Below are positions 41,660-49,925 of a stretch of DNA of 64,000 bases, piece after piece. Both the position numbers and the translations under genes were made by a program. A model generated the notes under the pieces. That model saw only the letters and a list, made by a program, of their open reading frames with translations, had not been told where the DNA came from and searched no databases. How positions within the stretch are numbered: the first letter of the stretch is position 1; each line of letters opens with the position of its first letter. The stretch is taken from the NCBI GenBank assembly GCA_049968235.1, contig JBMFRC010000001.1:288001-352000 (forward strand). Reading direction: 5' to 3'. Source of the DNA: Candidatus Hydrogenedens sp. (GTDB lineage: Bacteria; Hydrogenedentota; Hydrogenedentia; Hydrogenedentales; Hydrogenedentaceae).

Positions 41660-42226
41660 ATGAAAATCCTGTCTTTATTGGGAAGCCCTAAAAAAAATGG
41701 GAACTCCGCACATGCATTGAACTATCTCGAAGAACAACTGAAACAACAGAACCATGAAATAAAACATATCCATGTCTCTTCCTTCCTTATTGAAGGGTGT
41801 AGGGAATGTTATTGGTGTAAACAGGAGGGGAATTTTTTGTGTTGCAATAACGATGATGCAATACCTATCTTAAAAGGAATGCTTGATTCAGATGCTATTA
41901 TCTTTTCTGCACCGACCTTTTGTTGGGGTTTTCCCGCACAAATGAAAGCCCTTTTCGACCGCATGTTCTGCCTGATTTCATGGAAAGAAGGAGATAGTGA
42001 AAATAAATCTTTGCTGAAAGGGAAAACTATGGCACTCATTGTAACTGCAGGGGGTGAAGTGAAAAATAATGCAGAACTTTTAGGAATTGCCTTCAACAAT
42101 ATGGCAGAATTTATGAATTGTAAATCTGCAGGGATAGTTTATATTGCCCCCTGCGAAGGTATTCATTCTATCAATGATAAGATAAAAAAACAATTAGACA
42201 ACTTAGCCCAAAATCTGAGTATCTAA
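41660..42226 (+). CDS. flavodoxin-like fold NAD(P)H-dependent FMN reductase or iron-sulfur flavoprotein-like protein
   Basis: MKILSLLGSPKKNGNS... is an FMN-reductase-like N-terminus, with a Cys cluster CRECYWCKQEGNFLCC. Confidence 0.55.
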   Translation: MKILSLLGSPKKNGNSAHALNYLEEQLKQQNHEIKHIHVSSFLIEGCRECYWCKQEGNFLCCNNDDAIPILKGMLDSDAIIFSAPTFCWGFPAQMKALFDRMFCLISWKEGDSENKSLLKGKTMALIVTAGGEVKNNAELLGIAFNNMAEFMNCKSAGIVYIAPCEGIHSINDKIKKQLDNLAQNLSI

Positions 42227-42464
42227 TATCTTTAATTGTAAAATAGATCTGCCATTACTTTGAAAAAAAAAGAATATTGTTATCATTTCTGCTGTTAGTA
42301 TGAGGCCCACGAAACGGATGTAATTGTATCTACAACCACATTGATATTACATTGCAATTATAAATTTAATTTTTATATCTTCTCACCCCCCTATATCTAC
42401 CATTCGATTATAGATAGCACTAATGGTATTTTCTATGAATACCTATGCTCATAGCCCTTGAGTA

Positions 42465-42506
42465 TGCAAGCCCTCCAGTTTCCCAGAGGGCTTGCATAAT
42501 ATTTTT
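42465..42506 (+). terminator. intrinsic-terminator-like hairpin (perfect 11-bp stem plus T-run)
   Basis: TGCAAGCCCTC, a 10-nt loop, GAGGGCTTGCA, then TAATATTTTTTGTT. It lies between the flavodoxin gene and the convergent surface-protein gene. Confidence 0.45.
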
Positions 42507-42523
42507 TGTTCAAGCAGTGAGTA

Positions 42524-43759
42524 TTATCTTTCGTTAGAATTATTCTTCAGGATTCCCCTTACCTTGCTATTTTGTGTCAATAACAAGAAGGAAAGAATTA
42601 CTAAAACAAATATATCACTCAGATGTGAATTTGTTGAAGGTCCACCGGAACCGCAAGATACAATGAAAGTTCTCTTGGCTCCTTTACTCATTACCAGTAT
42701 AACCTCTGTCCCCTTAACAACTTCAGTTCCAACAGAGGGCTCGGTTCGGATTATGCTCCCTTTCGGTACATCTTTGCTATATTCTTCTTTAATCGTTGCG
42801 GATACCTTAAGTCCTGCAGATGTTAGTATTTGAATAGCCTCGTCTTTAGATTTTCCTTTAACATCCGGCACTTTTACTTTCTGAATAGGTTCTCCTTCAT
42901 TACTTCCTTCGGGAGTACCTTCAACTACACCTTCAGGGGTTCCTTCTGGACTACCTTCCTGATGACCTTCGACTGTTCCTTCGCCTTCTGCATTCCCTTC
43001 GACAGAACCTTCTGTGCTTCCTTCTATACTACCCTCTTGCATACCTTCAGGAATGCCTTCTGTTGAACCTTCTTGTGCTCCTTCTCCTTCGAGAGTGCCT
43101 TCTATTATACCTTCTTGCTGTCCTTCGGTGATTCCTTCAACATTTCCTTCGCCTTCTGCAGGCGGTTCTAATGGAAGTATTTTAGGTGCTTTCGGGTCAT
43201 CAAACATGGGAACATAAGCAAATATATCGTTGATTTGGACTTGAGCCAAATTTATTTGTGCATCCCCGGTTTGTTTCATACGGAACAATACTTTGAGCAA
43301 TTCAAGACTTCCCTTAGCACCGATATTTTCAGAACTGCTTCCTGCAATTTTCAGACTACCTGTAGCATTTGCATTAGAGTTATAACTTAACTTCATATTG
43401 CTAACTGCATCACCTAATACGACCTCCATTACCTCCGCATATTCTTTATCGAAATTAATTACAAGAGAGAAGCCCGCTATATTGGATACATTGTTCATTA
43501 CCACAGATACCCACTTTTCAGAGCCTGCTGTTCCAGATAAGTAATCTGTTAATTGGGCATAAACAGTTGCATCCTCTTTTTCTACTCGTGCAAGGGTAGA
43601 CTCCGCAGACAAAGAACCTGCATCTGCCAGCCATTTTAAGTCGCTTATATAGTCTTCATAACTCTTTGCGTCTATTTTCTTTCCTGTTGGCATTACATCT
43701 TTACCTGTTAACCAGCGTTGTAGCATGCTGGAGTCAGCACTATCCACCATTCCATCCAT
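42524..43759 (-). CDS. surface protein segment A: cohesin-like domain, xxEG tetrapeptide-repeat linker, PASTA domain and a C-terminal Cys/Gly-motif + TM + basic anchor (probably the 3' part of a disrupted giant gene)
   Basis: Cohesin-like IAGFSLVINFDKEYAEVMEV...GSLELLKVLFRMKQTGDAQI, about 25 xxEG repeats, and PASTA VPDVKGKSKDEAIQILTSAGLKV. The C-terminus is SCGSGGPS...IFVLVILSFLLL...KVRG. The frame is open upstream to 43855 and encodes a dockerin repeat (SGDFNMDGMVDSADSSMLQRWL). Confidence 0.6.
   Translation of the reverse strand: MDGMVDSADSSMLQRWLTGKDVMPTGKKIDAKSYEDYISDLKWLADAGSLSAESTLARVEKEDATVYAQLTDYLSGTAGSEKWVSVVMNNVSNIAGFSLVINFDKEYAEVMEVVLGDAVSNMKLSYNSNANATGSLKIAGSSSENIGAKGSLELLKVLFRMKQTGDAQINLAQVQINDIFAYVPMFDDPKAPKILPLEPPAEGEGNVEGITEGQQEGIIEGTLEGEGAQEGSTEGIPEGMQEGSIEGSTEGSVEGNAEGEGTVEGHQEGSPEGTPEGVVEGTPEGSNEGEPIQKVKVPDVKGKSKDEAIQILTSAGLKVSATIKEEYSKDVPKGSIIRTEPSVGTEVVKGTEVILVMSKGAKRTFIVSCGSGGPSTNSHLSDIFVLVILSFLLLTQNSKVRGILKNNSNER
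42900..43170 (-). repeat. coding tandem repeat: about 25 units of 12 nt encoding xxEG tetrapeptides
   Basis: Periodic ...ccttc... on the plus strand, which is GAAGG(N) on the coding strand. Similar arrays lie at about 44950-45135, 45545-45715 (including a perfect 21-nt duplication encoding MSEGEG twice), 52330-52440 and 54650-54690. Confidence 0.7.
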
Positions 43760-43845
43760 ATTAAAGTCACCGGATTTCTGAATACAGGGATTTCCTCCTG
43801 TGTTATTTGTCCAATAATCCAGGATATATTGTGTGTCTAAATCGT

Positions 43846-46179
43846 TTACTTCATATTATTATCCGCATCACCAAAGACACATCCGTCTGTAACACACAAT
43901 TGTCCATCTTCTAATATAAGTTCTAACGGTTGTGTAAATGAGGAGATCACATCGTATAGGCGAACTCCATTGCCGGCTCCATCATCCGGAATAAGGTGTA
44001 ACTGTCCACATAAAGGACCTAAAACAGATAAATTGGGTTTAGCAATAATATTAAACAGAGTCCCAGCACCATACAAACTTTCTGCTTTTATTCCTGCTGC
44101 AGCAATTCGAACATTAATTGTCTCACCTTGAGGTATAGCTAATGATGCTATCATCATCCCACTAGTAATACCTGATGGTAATACGGTGATAGTCTCGGGG
44201 TCTGATATTAAGGCAGATGGCAATTCCGAATCAATCTGTATGGATGTTGCTGAAACATCATAAACTGATTTTGAGTTCACGGGAATACGAATAAGTATTT
44301 CATCAAGATTTTGTGGATTCGGTTGTAGCCAATAAAGACTGGTATCTGTTATATTAACCTGTTCAGGGAAGAATACGGTTAAGTATTGTCCACGAACCGT
44401 CTCCGAAGCATCTGATAACACAGTATAACGGTCCACATCACTTACAGCCTGTATGGCATATTGGTAGTAAATCCCTAATTCTACCGCATTATCTATATAT
44501 TCTAATGTTGTTAGATAACCTTCATAAGGCAACCTGTCCGGATTATTCAATCGTTGCCAATCTGTCAATGAATTCCCATCTCTATCTACTGTCCTGCGAT
44601 ACACATTATAGCCAGCAATATTATACTCAGGATTTGTATCCCATGCTACGCGAACACTATGCGGTCCACTATAAGGACGTGGACGGAATGATTTTTGAAT
44701 ATTTCCGGGGTCTAATTCAACAAGCAATTCAGCATTGGTATCCACAGGTTGTATCGTTTTGGGCTTATATTTCCGCTTTGTAAAGTCCAAACGATATGGC
44801 GGTTGCAATGTACCTAAATCTGGAAAGGCAAAACGTCCATTATTATCTGTTAGCACAGGTTCATTCCCTTTACTATCTGCAACGCTAATTTGGACTAATA
44901 CACCGGGAATCGGGCTTTTGCTTATACTATTTATCACCTGACCACGAACACCTGCATATTCGCCTTCGAATGTCCCTTCCGTAGTTCCTTCAATAGTTCC
45001 CTCCGGAATTCCTTCAATTACTCCTTCAGGTATTCCTTCAACATTACCATCCATAGGACCTTCGGGAATCCCTTCGATAACACCTTCAATTGTTCCTTCC
45101 GTTACACCTTCAGGTGTCCCTTCTTCACAGGGTCCTGTGGAAACCCAGATATCCACAGGTATTTCTATTGTATTCTCATAATTACAAGTGCCTTCTACAG
45201 CCATAGGTTCTTGCAAAGCGATGTATCCAGCGGGATAATTATTATCACATACCTCAACAATCTGTCCTAATAATAATCCATAATCTACAATTAATTGTTG
45301 TGCCTCTTCCAATGACATACCTATAACATTAGGAACTATGGTACAGGGTCCACAAGAGATAATCAGGTCAACGATTGTTCCAATCTCTACTGTATTTCCA
45401 CCACCGGGTATTTGTTCAACGACTGTGCCTGCCGGGTATTGGTCATTGCACATCTCAATAATAGCACCAATATTTAGGTTGGCATTACTAATTTCTCCCG
45501 TTGCTTCCTGTTGCGGAAGTCCTATCATATATGGAACTATAGTTGTTTCAATAGCACCTTCGCCTTCAGACATCCCTTCGCCTTCAGACATCCCTTCGCC
45601 TTCGAATAGCCCTTCTGAACTGCCTTCAATACTACCTTCGGTAGTTCCTTCAAATGAACCTTCTCCTTCTACAATACCTTCAACTACACCGGGTTCAGGC
45701 TCTCCAATAACAGGATTGAGTGGGTCTTCAAATCTTGGGGTATGTCCATATTTATCGTGTATCTGAACCTGAACAAATTTAATATCGCCTTTTCCATCTC
45801 GCTTAATCTTAAACTTTACTTTTACCAATTCAACTTCTCCAGAGGTTCCCAACTCTTCTTCACCTCCCGCACTTATCCGCAAACTGCTACTGGAACCAGA
45901 ATTTACTACTTCATAATTCCATCGCCATATATTTGCTGCATTCACAGGTTTTACCTGCTTTACTTCAGCAAAATCACTATCATAATTCAAGACAAATTCA
46001 AATCCTGCCACATTTGTTACTTCATCAGCCACAATGGCAATCCATTTATCACTGCCTGCAGACCCTTCTAATGTGCCACGGAACCACACCTTTACTCCCA
46101 CATTATTCTTTTCTAATTTGGCTAACTTTGCTTGTGCGGATAGGGAACCATGGGAAGCTAACCATTTCAATTCATCCAC
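43846..46179 (-). CDS. surface protein segment B: cohesin-like, EG linkers, 2 PASTA, CarboxypepD_reg-like, Fn3-like, cohesin-like, then dockerin repeat 1 (interrupted). No signal peptide of its own, so it is probably the middle part of a disrupted giant gene.
   Basis: The domains can be read off the translation. The frame is open upstream to an in-frame TGA at 46270-46272, and the upstream region encodes dockerin repeats GDVNNDSVIDSTDEQFVLDYW and GDINLDG*VDSADSSLIQRWL. At the 3' end a -1 shift inside dockerin repeat 1 (GDADNNMK* versus in-frame VNDLDTQYILDYW) leads into segment A. Confidence 0.6.
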   Translation of the reverse strand: MDELKWLASHGSLSAQAKLAKLEKNNVGVKVWFRGTLEGSAGSDKWIAIVADEVTNVAGFEFVLNYDSDFAEVKQVKPVNAANIWRWNYEVVNSGSSSSLRISAGGEEELGTSGEVELVKVKFKIKRDGKGDIKFVQVQIHDKYGHTPRFEDPLNPVIGEPEPGVVEGIVEGEGSFEGTTEGSIEGSSEGLFEGEGMSEGEGMSEGEGAIETTIVPYMIGLPQQEATGEISNANLNIGAIIEMCNDQYPAGTVVEQIPGGGNTVEIGTIVDLIISCGPCTIVPNVIGMSLEEAQQLIVDYGLLLGQIVEVCDNNYPAGYIALQEPMAVEGTCNYENTIEIPVDIWVSTGPCEEGTPEGVTEGTIEGVIEGIPEGPMDGNVEGIPEGVIEGIPEGTIEGTTEGTFEGEYAGVRGQVINSISKSPIPGVLVQISVADSKGNEPVLTDNNGRFAFPDLGTLQPPYRLDFTKRKYKPKTIQPVDTNAELLVELDPGNIQKSFRPRPYSGPHSVRVAWDTNPEYNIAGYNVYRRTVDRDGNSLTDWQRLNNPDRLPYEGYLTTLEYIDNAVELGIYYQYAIQAVSDVDRYTVLSDASETVRGQYLTVFFPEQVNITDTSLYWLQPNPQNLDEILIRIPVNSKSVYDVSATSIQIDSELPSALISDPETITVLPSGITSGMMIASLAIPQGETINVRIAAAGIKAESLYGAGTLFNIIAKPNLSVLGPLCGQLHLIPDDGAGNGVRLYDVISSFTQPLELILEDGQLCVTDGCVFGDADNNMK

Positions 46180-46269
46180 ATATCCTTTGCCCGCTGTTGA
46201 GATTTTTGGAGGTGTAATACTTTTTCTTGCTAACCAACGCTGAATTAAACTGGAATCCGCACTATCTAC

Positions 46270-47574
46270 TCACCCATCGAGATTAATATCTCCTGATTTT
46301 AAGATGCATGAATGTGCACCTACTTTCCTAACCCAATAATCCAGAACAAATTGCTCATCTGTACTATCAATTACACTATCATTATTTACATCTCCATGAA
46401 TACATCCCCCTGAAACGCATAATCGTCCATCCACAAGAAGCACAGGTAAGGTTCTGTCTGATTTTGAATTACATTATATAACCGAACACCATTTCCCACA
46501 CCATCATCAGGAACTAAATGTAATAAACCACACTCATTCAAAAGATTTAAGCGAGGTTTTGCAAGAATATTAAATAATACTCCAGAACCATATAAACTCT
46601 CTGCTATCCCACCAGCAGATGATATACGAACATTAATTTTATCTCCATTTCTAACGGCATTGGCACTTATATTCATACCTGCGGTAATACCTGAGGGCTC
46701 CACCGTAATTGTGTCGGGATTGAGCAATAAACTTCTGGGCAATTCCGCATCGATTTGTATGGAAGTAGTGGAAACATCATATACAGCCTCTGAATTAACA
46801 GGTATTCTTACTAATTGTTGTTATGGATTTTGAGGGTCTCTTTCCCAGAGAAACATACCGCTATCTTTATAATTTACTTGTTCCGGGAAGAAAATAGTTA
46901 AAAATTGCCCTACTACATCTTCCGAAGCATCCGAAAGATTGGAATAACGGTCGACATCACTAACTGCCTGTATTGCATATTGATAGCGAATACCCGGTTG
47001 TATTGCGGTATCTGTATATTCTAATCCTCCAATATATCCTTCATAAGGAGGTAATCCCGGATTATTCAATTTTGCCCAAATAGAACTTCCTACTGTCCGA
47101 CGATATACATTATAGCCAGCAATGTTATATTCAGGATTTGTATCCCATCCAATACGGACACTATTGGTTCCTCCATAAACACGAGGAATGGTGGGTCTCT
47201 GAATATTTCCCGGCTCTATTTCCGCAAAAAGTTCTGCACCCGAATCAACAGGTTGAACCGTTTTCGGTTTAAATTTATTCTTTGTAAAATCCAGACGATA
47301 GGGAGGTAATAAACTCCCTAAATCGGAAAATTCAAATAGCCCATTTTTCATCTGTTAAAACAGGCTCTGTACTCTGTTTATCTGCAATACTTATTCCAAC
47401 AAGTACTCCCTCTACAGGTTTTTTGCTAATACTGTTAATAACCTGTCCCTTAACACTAAAGACTTTTTCTGCTACTGCTTGATTAGTAATAGCACATGCT
47501 ATTACTAATAGTGATATGCTCAAAAATATATTATTTTTTACAAAAATTGACTTTGCCCTACTTTTTGCATTCAT
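46270..47574 (-). pseudogene. surface protein segment C: signal peptide, CarboxypepD_reg-like, Fn3-like, cohesin-like, dockerin; disrupted by one frameshift at ~47340, an in-frame TAA at 46812-46814, a frameshift at ~46420 and a TGA at 46270
   Basis: Three ORF fragments (47332-47574, 46821-47351, 46386-46742) plus a dockerin-encoding stretch align residue-by-residue with the C-terminal half of segment B. The disruptions are a +1 in an A5 run, a CAA-like codon replaced by TAA, a -1 in a TT/TTT run, and TGA where the paralog has ATG. Confidence 0.6.
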
Positions 47575-47745
47575 TTTAGGTCTCCTTTGATTTATTCGCT
47601 CCAGTAGTTGGTTATTTTTTTATCCTTATTAAATAGCATTTAATAACAAAATTTGCCTGTTTTTTTGATAATCGTTGCCTCAAATAAGAACTATGATTCT
47701 TATGTGATTAGTGGTGAATAGAAGAAAATAATACTATTTTTAGAC

Positions 47746-48843
47746 TCACTTCCCATCAACTTCACGAATAGTAAACTTCATATTTAAAATTTTCCCTTCC
47801 CGAAAAACCTTCATTTCCACAGAGTCACCGATAAATAAATCCCAATTTATAAAATCCACATCTGAAGGGTCTTCGACAGGTTGGCGGTTAATCTCTATGA
47901 TTACATCACCAGGACGCAATCCTGCCTGATACGCTGGACTTTCTTTTAATATTCGTGTTACGAAAACTCCTTTATCTACCCGAATACCTAATTCTCGTAG
48001 AAGTCGGGAGTCTATTGAATCAAGAGATTCCGTTTTAAATCCAAACCATGGGTCGCGACGTTTCCCAAATTTAATCAGTTCTTCCGCTACACGACGGACA
48101 CGATTGATGGGTATAGCAAAACTTAATCCCTGATACCCACCCGTTTTAGAAAAAATCATGGTATTAATCCCAATAACTTTACCCTGGCTGTTAACCAGAG
48201 GTCCTCCGCTATTGCCCGGATTTATTGCCGCATCGGTTTGAATAAGGTCCTGATATAATCGAGTATCTCCGGAAACATTTCGACTCACTTTACGATGAAC
48301 GGCAGATACAACACCTACACTGACCGTAGGACGAGGATCTTTCATTAGTGAACCAAAGGGATTTCCTATGGCGATAACCCATTCTCCAATATATAAATTA
48401 TCTGAGTCACCTAAAGGAATATAGGGGAAGTTCTTTCCACTCGCTTTCAGCACTGCAATATCTGTCCGCGGGTCCGCACCAATAAATTCTACATCCAGTT
48501 TTTCACCACTTGAAAGAGTTACAGAATTAATTTTACTGGCATTTTCCAGTACATGGTAGTTTGTTAAAATATACCCCGCCTCATCAAAAATAAATCCGCT
48601 ACCGATGGAAGAAATTTGCTGACGACGAATGGGAAAACCGAACAACTCAAAGAACGGGTCTAAATCGTCTGATTGATACTCTACCACATTGATAGTTACC
48701 ACTGCGGGTGATGCTTTTTCTACCGCTGTTACTATCGCATTGCGTCGTGAATCTGATATACTGTCCTGCGAAATCGCAGGGGGTGTGTAAAATATCAAAA
48801 TAAAAAGCAGTGTTATAATACTAATGAAGATATTTTTCTGCAT
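47746..48843 (-). CDS. HtrA/DegP-family periplasmic serine protease with one PDZ domain
   Basis: Signal peptide, then the catalytic triad context (TNYHVL, ...D..., NPGNSGGPLVN) and a C-terminal PDZ. Confidence 0.85.
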   Translation of the reverse strand: MQKNIFISIITLLFILIFYTPPAISQDSISDSRRNAIVTAVEKASPAVVTINVVEYQSDDLDPFFELFGFPIRRQQISSIGSGFIFDEAGYILTNYHVLENASKINSVTLSSGEKLDVEFIGADPRTDIAVLKASGKNFPYIPLGDSDNLYIGEWVIAIGNPFGSLMKDPRPTVSVGVVSAVHRKVSRNVSGDTRLYQDLIQTDAAINPGNSGGPLVNSQGKVIGINTMIFSKTGGYQGLSFAIPINRVRRVAEELIKFGKRRDPWFGFKTESLDSIDSRLLRELGIRVDKGVFVTRILKESPAYQAGLRPGDVIIEINRQPVEDPSDVDFINWDLFIGDSVEMKVFREGKILNMKFTIREVDGK

Positions 48844-48933
48844 AAGTGAATCCTTTTGCTTTAATTAAAATATAACTAATATTTTACTATAATTAAGAAA
48901 TAAGTTGCTCTGATACATGAGGAGATACGGTTT

Positions 48934-49137
48934 ATGATTAAGATTATTGTAAATGATGAAGAAAAATTGCTTTTAGATAATTCTTCCATTGAATTTTTAT
49001 TAAAAGAAATGAACTTGGATGGGAAAACGATGGTCGTTGTCGTAAACGATGAGATTATAGAACATACACAATATGCAGAAACGATTTTGCATGATGGTGA
49101 CCGTATAGAATTGGTTCGTATTGTTGGAGGAGGATAA
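48934..49137 (+). CDS. thiS: sulfur carrier protein ThiS
   Basis: 67 aa with a beta-grasp and a C-terminal GG (…VRIVGGG). Confidence 0.7.
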   Translation: MIKIIVNDEEKLLLDNSSIEFLLKEMNLDGKTMVVVVNDEIIEHTQYAETILHDGDRIELVRIVGGG

Positions 49138-49139
49138 TT

Positions 49140-49811
49140 ATGACTCATGATGAACGTATTAAGATGTTTCAGGGAACAGATTTGTATGTAGTTATCACAG
49201 AAAAAATGTGTAAAGGGAGATCTTCGGAATTTGTCCTTGAAGAATGTCTGAAAGCAGGTGTGCGCCTGGTTCAGTTCCGTGAAAAAAATAGTGACGATAG
49301 AACGAAATATCACAAAGCGATGGAATTCCGTAAAATTACCAATAACTATAATGCCTTGCTCATCATTGATGACCGTATCGACCTTGCTTTAATGGTAAAT
49401 GCAGATGGAGTTCATTTGGGACAGAATGATTTACCTATATATGAGGCGAGAAAAATAGCACCGAACCTGATTATCGGTGCTTCCACTCATAATTTAGAAC
49501 AGGCTTTGAAAGCACAGGAAGACGGGGCAAGTTATGTAAATATAGGTCCTATTTTCTCCACCCAGACAAAGGCAACTTCGGTTTCCCCTTTAGGTGTAGC
49601 GTCATTGGAAAAAATACCGCATCACTTAAATATCCCCTTCACCTGTATGGGCGGAATTAAATTGGAAAATATTGATGAGGTCCTAACACGCGGGGCTAAG
49701 CATATTGCTGTGGTAACCGCAGTAACTGAGGCGGATAATATCCAACAATCCGTGAAACAGTTAAGGGAAAAAATTCTGATGTACACGGAAAAAGTCTATA
49801 AAAAAATGTGA
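49140..49811 (+). CDS. thiE: thiamine-phosphate synthase
   Basis: LYVVITEK...VQFREK...LIIDDRIDLA...GADGVHLGQ.D...IGAS.H are ThiE motifs. Confidence 0.85.
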   Translation: MTHDERIKMFQGTDLYVVITEKMCKGRSSEFVLEECLKAGVRLVQFREKNSDDRTKYHKAMEFRKITNNYNALLIIDDRIDLALMVNADGVHLGQNDLPIYEARKIAPNLIIGASTHNLEQALKAQEDGASYVNIGPIFSTQTKATSVSPLGVASLEKIPHHLNIPFTCMGGIKLENIDEVLTRGAKHIAVVTAVTEADNIQQSVKQLREKILMYTEKVYKKM

Positions 49812-49925
49812 AAAGAGAACTAACAATCAATAAAAACCATTTTTGATTATCTTTATGGCTCTGCAAACCATATCTTGATTTTTCCTTATCTTCTTTGTTC
49901 TTATATGGAAGAAGGATAATACTCT

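Noticed and set aside
42830-43217. Plus-strand ORFs (78 and 67 aa) with PSxxPS periodicity, and the similar 45338-45766 ORF
   Set aside because: They are antisense reading frames of the xxEG 12-nt coding repeats on the minus strand, which makes them repeat artefacts.
46270-46272. In-frame TGA as a selenocysteine codon
   Set aside because: No SECIS-like hairpin is evident immediately downstream, the position is a hydrophobic dockerin residue (Met in the paralog), and no selenoprotein context is present. It is more likely a nonsense mutation, an error or a recoding question.
48844-48933. Possible TPP riboswitch upstream of thiS-thiE
   Set aside because: The leader is only ~90 nt and lacks the conserved CUGAGA / ACCUGAUCUGGAUAAUGCCAGCG-type elements.
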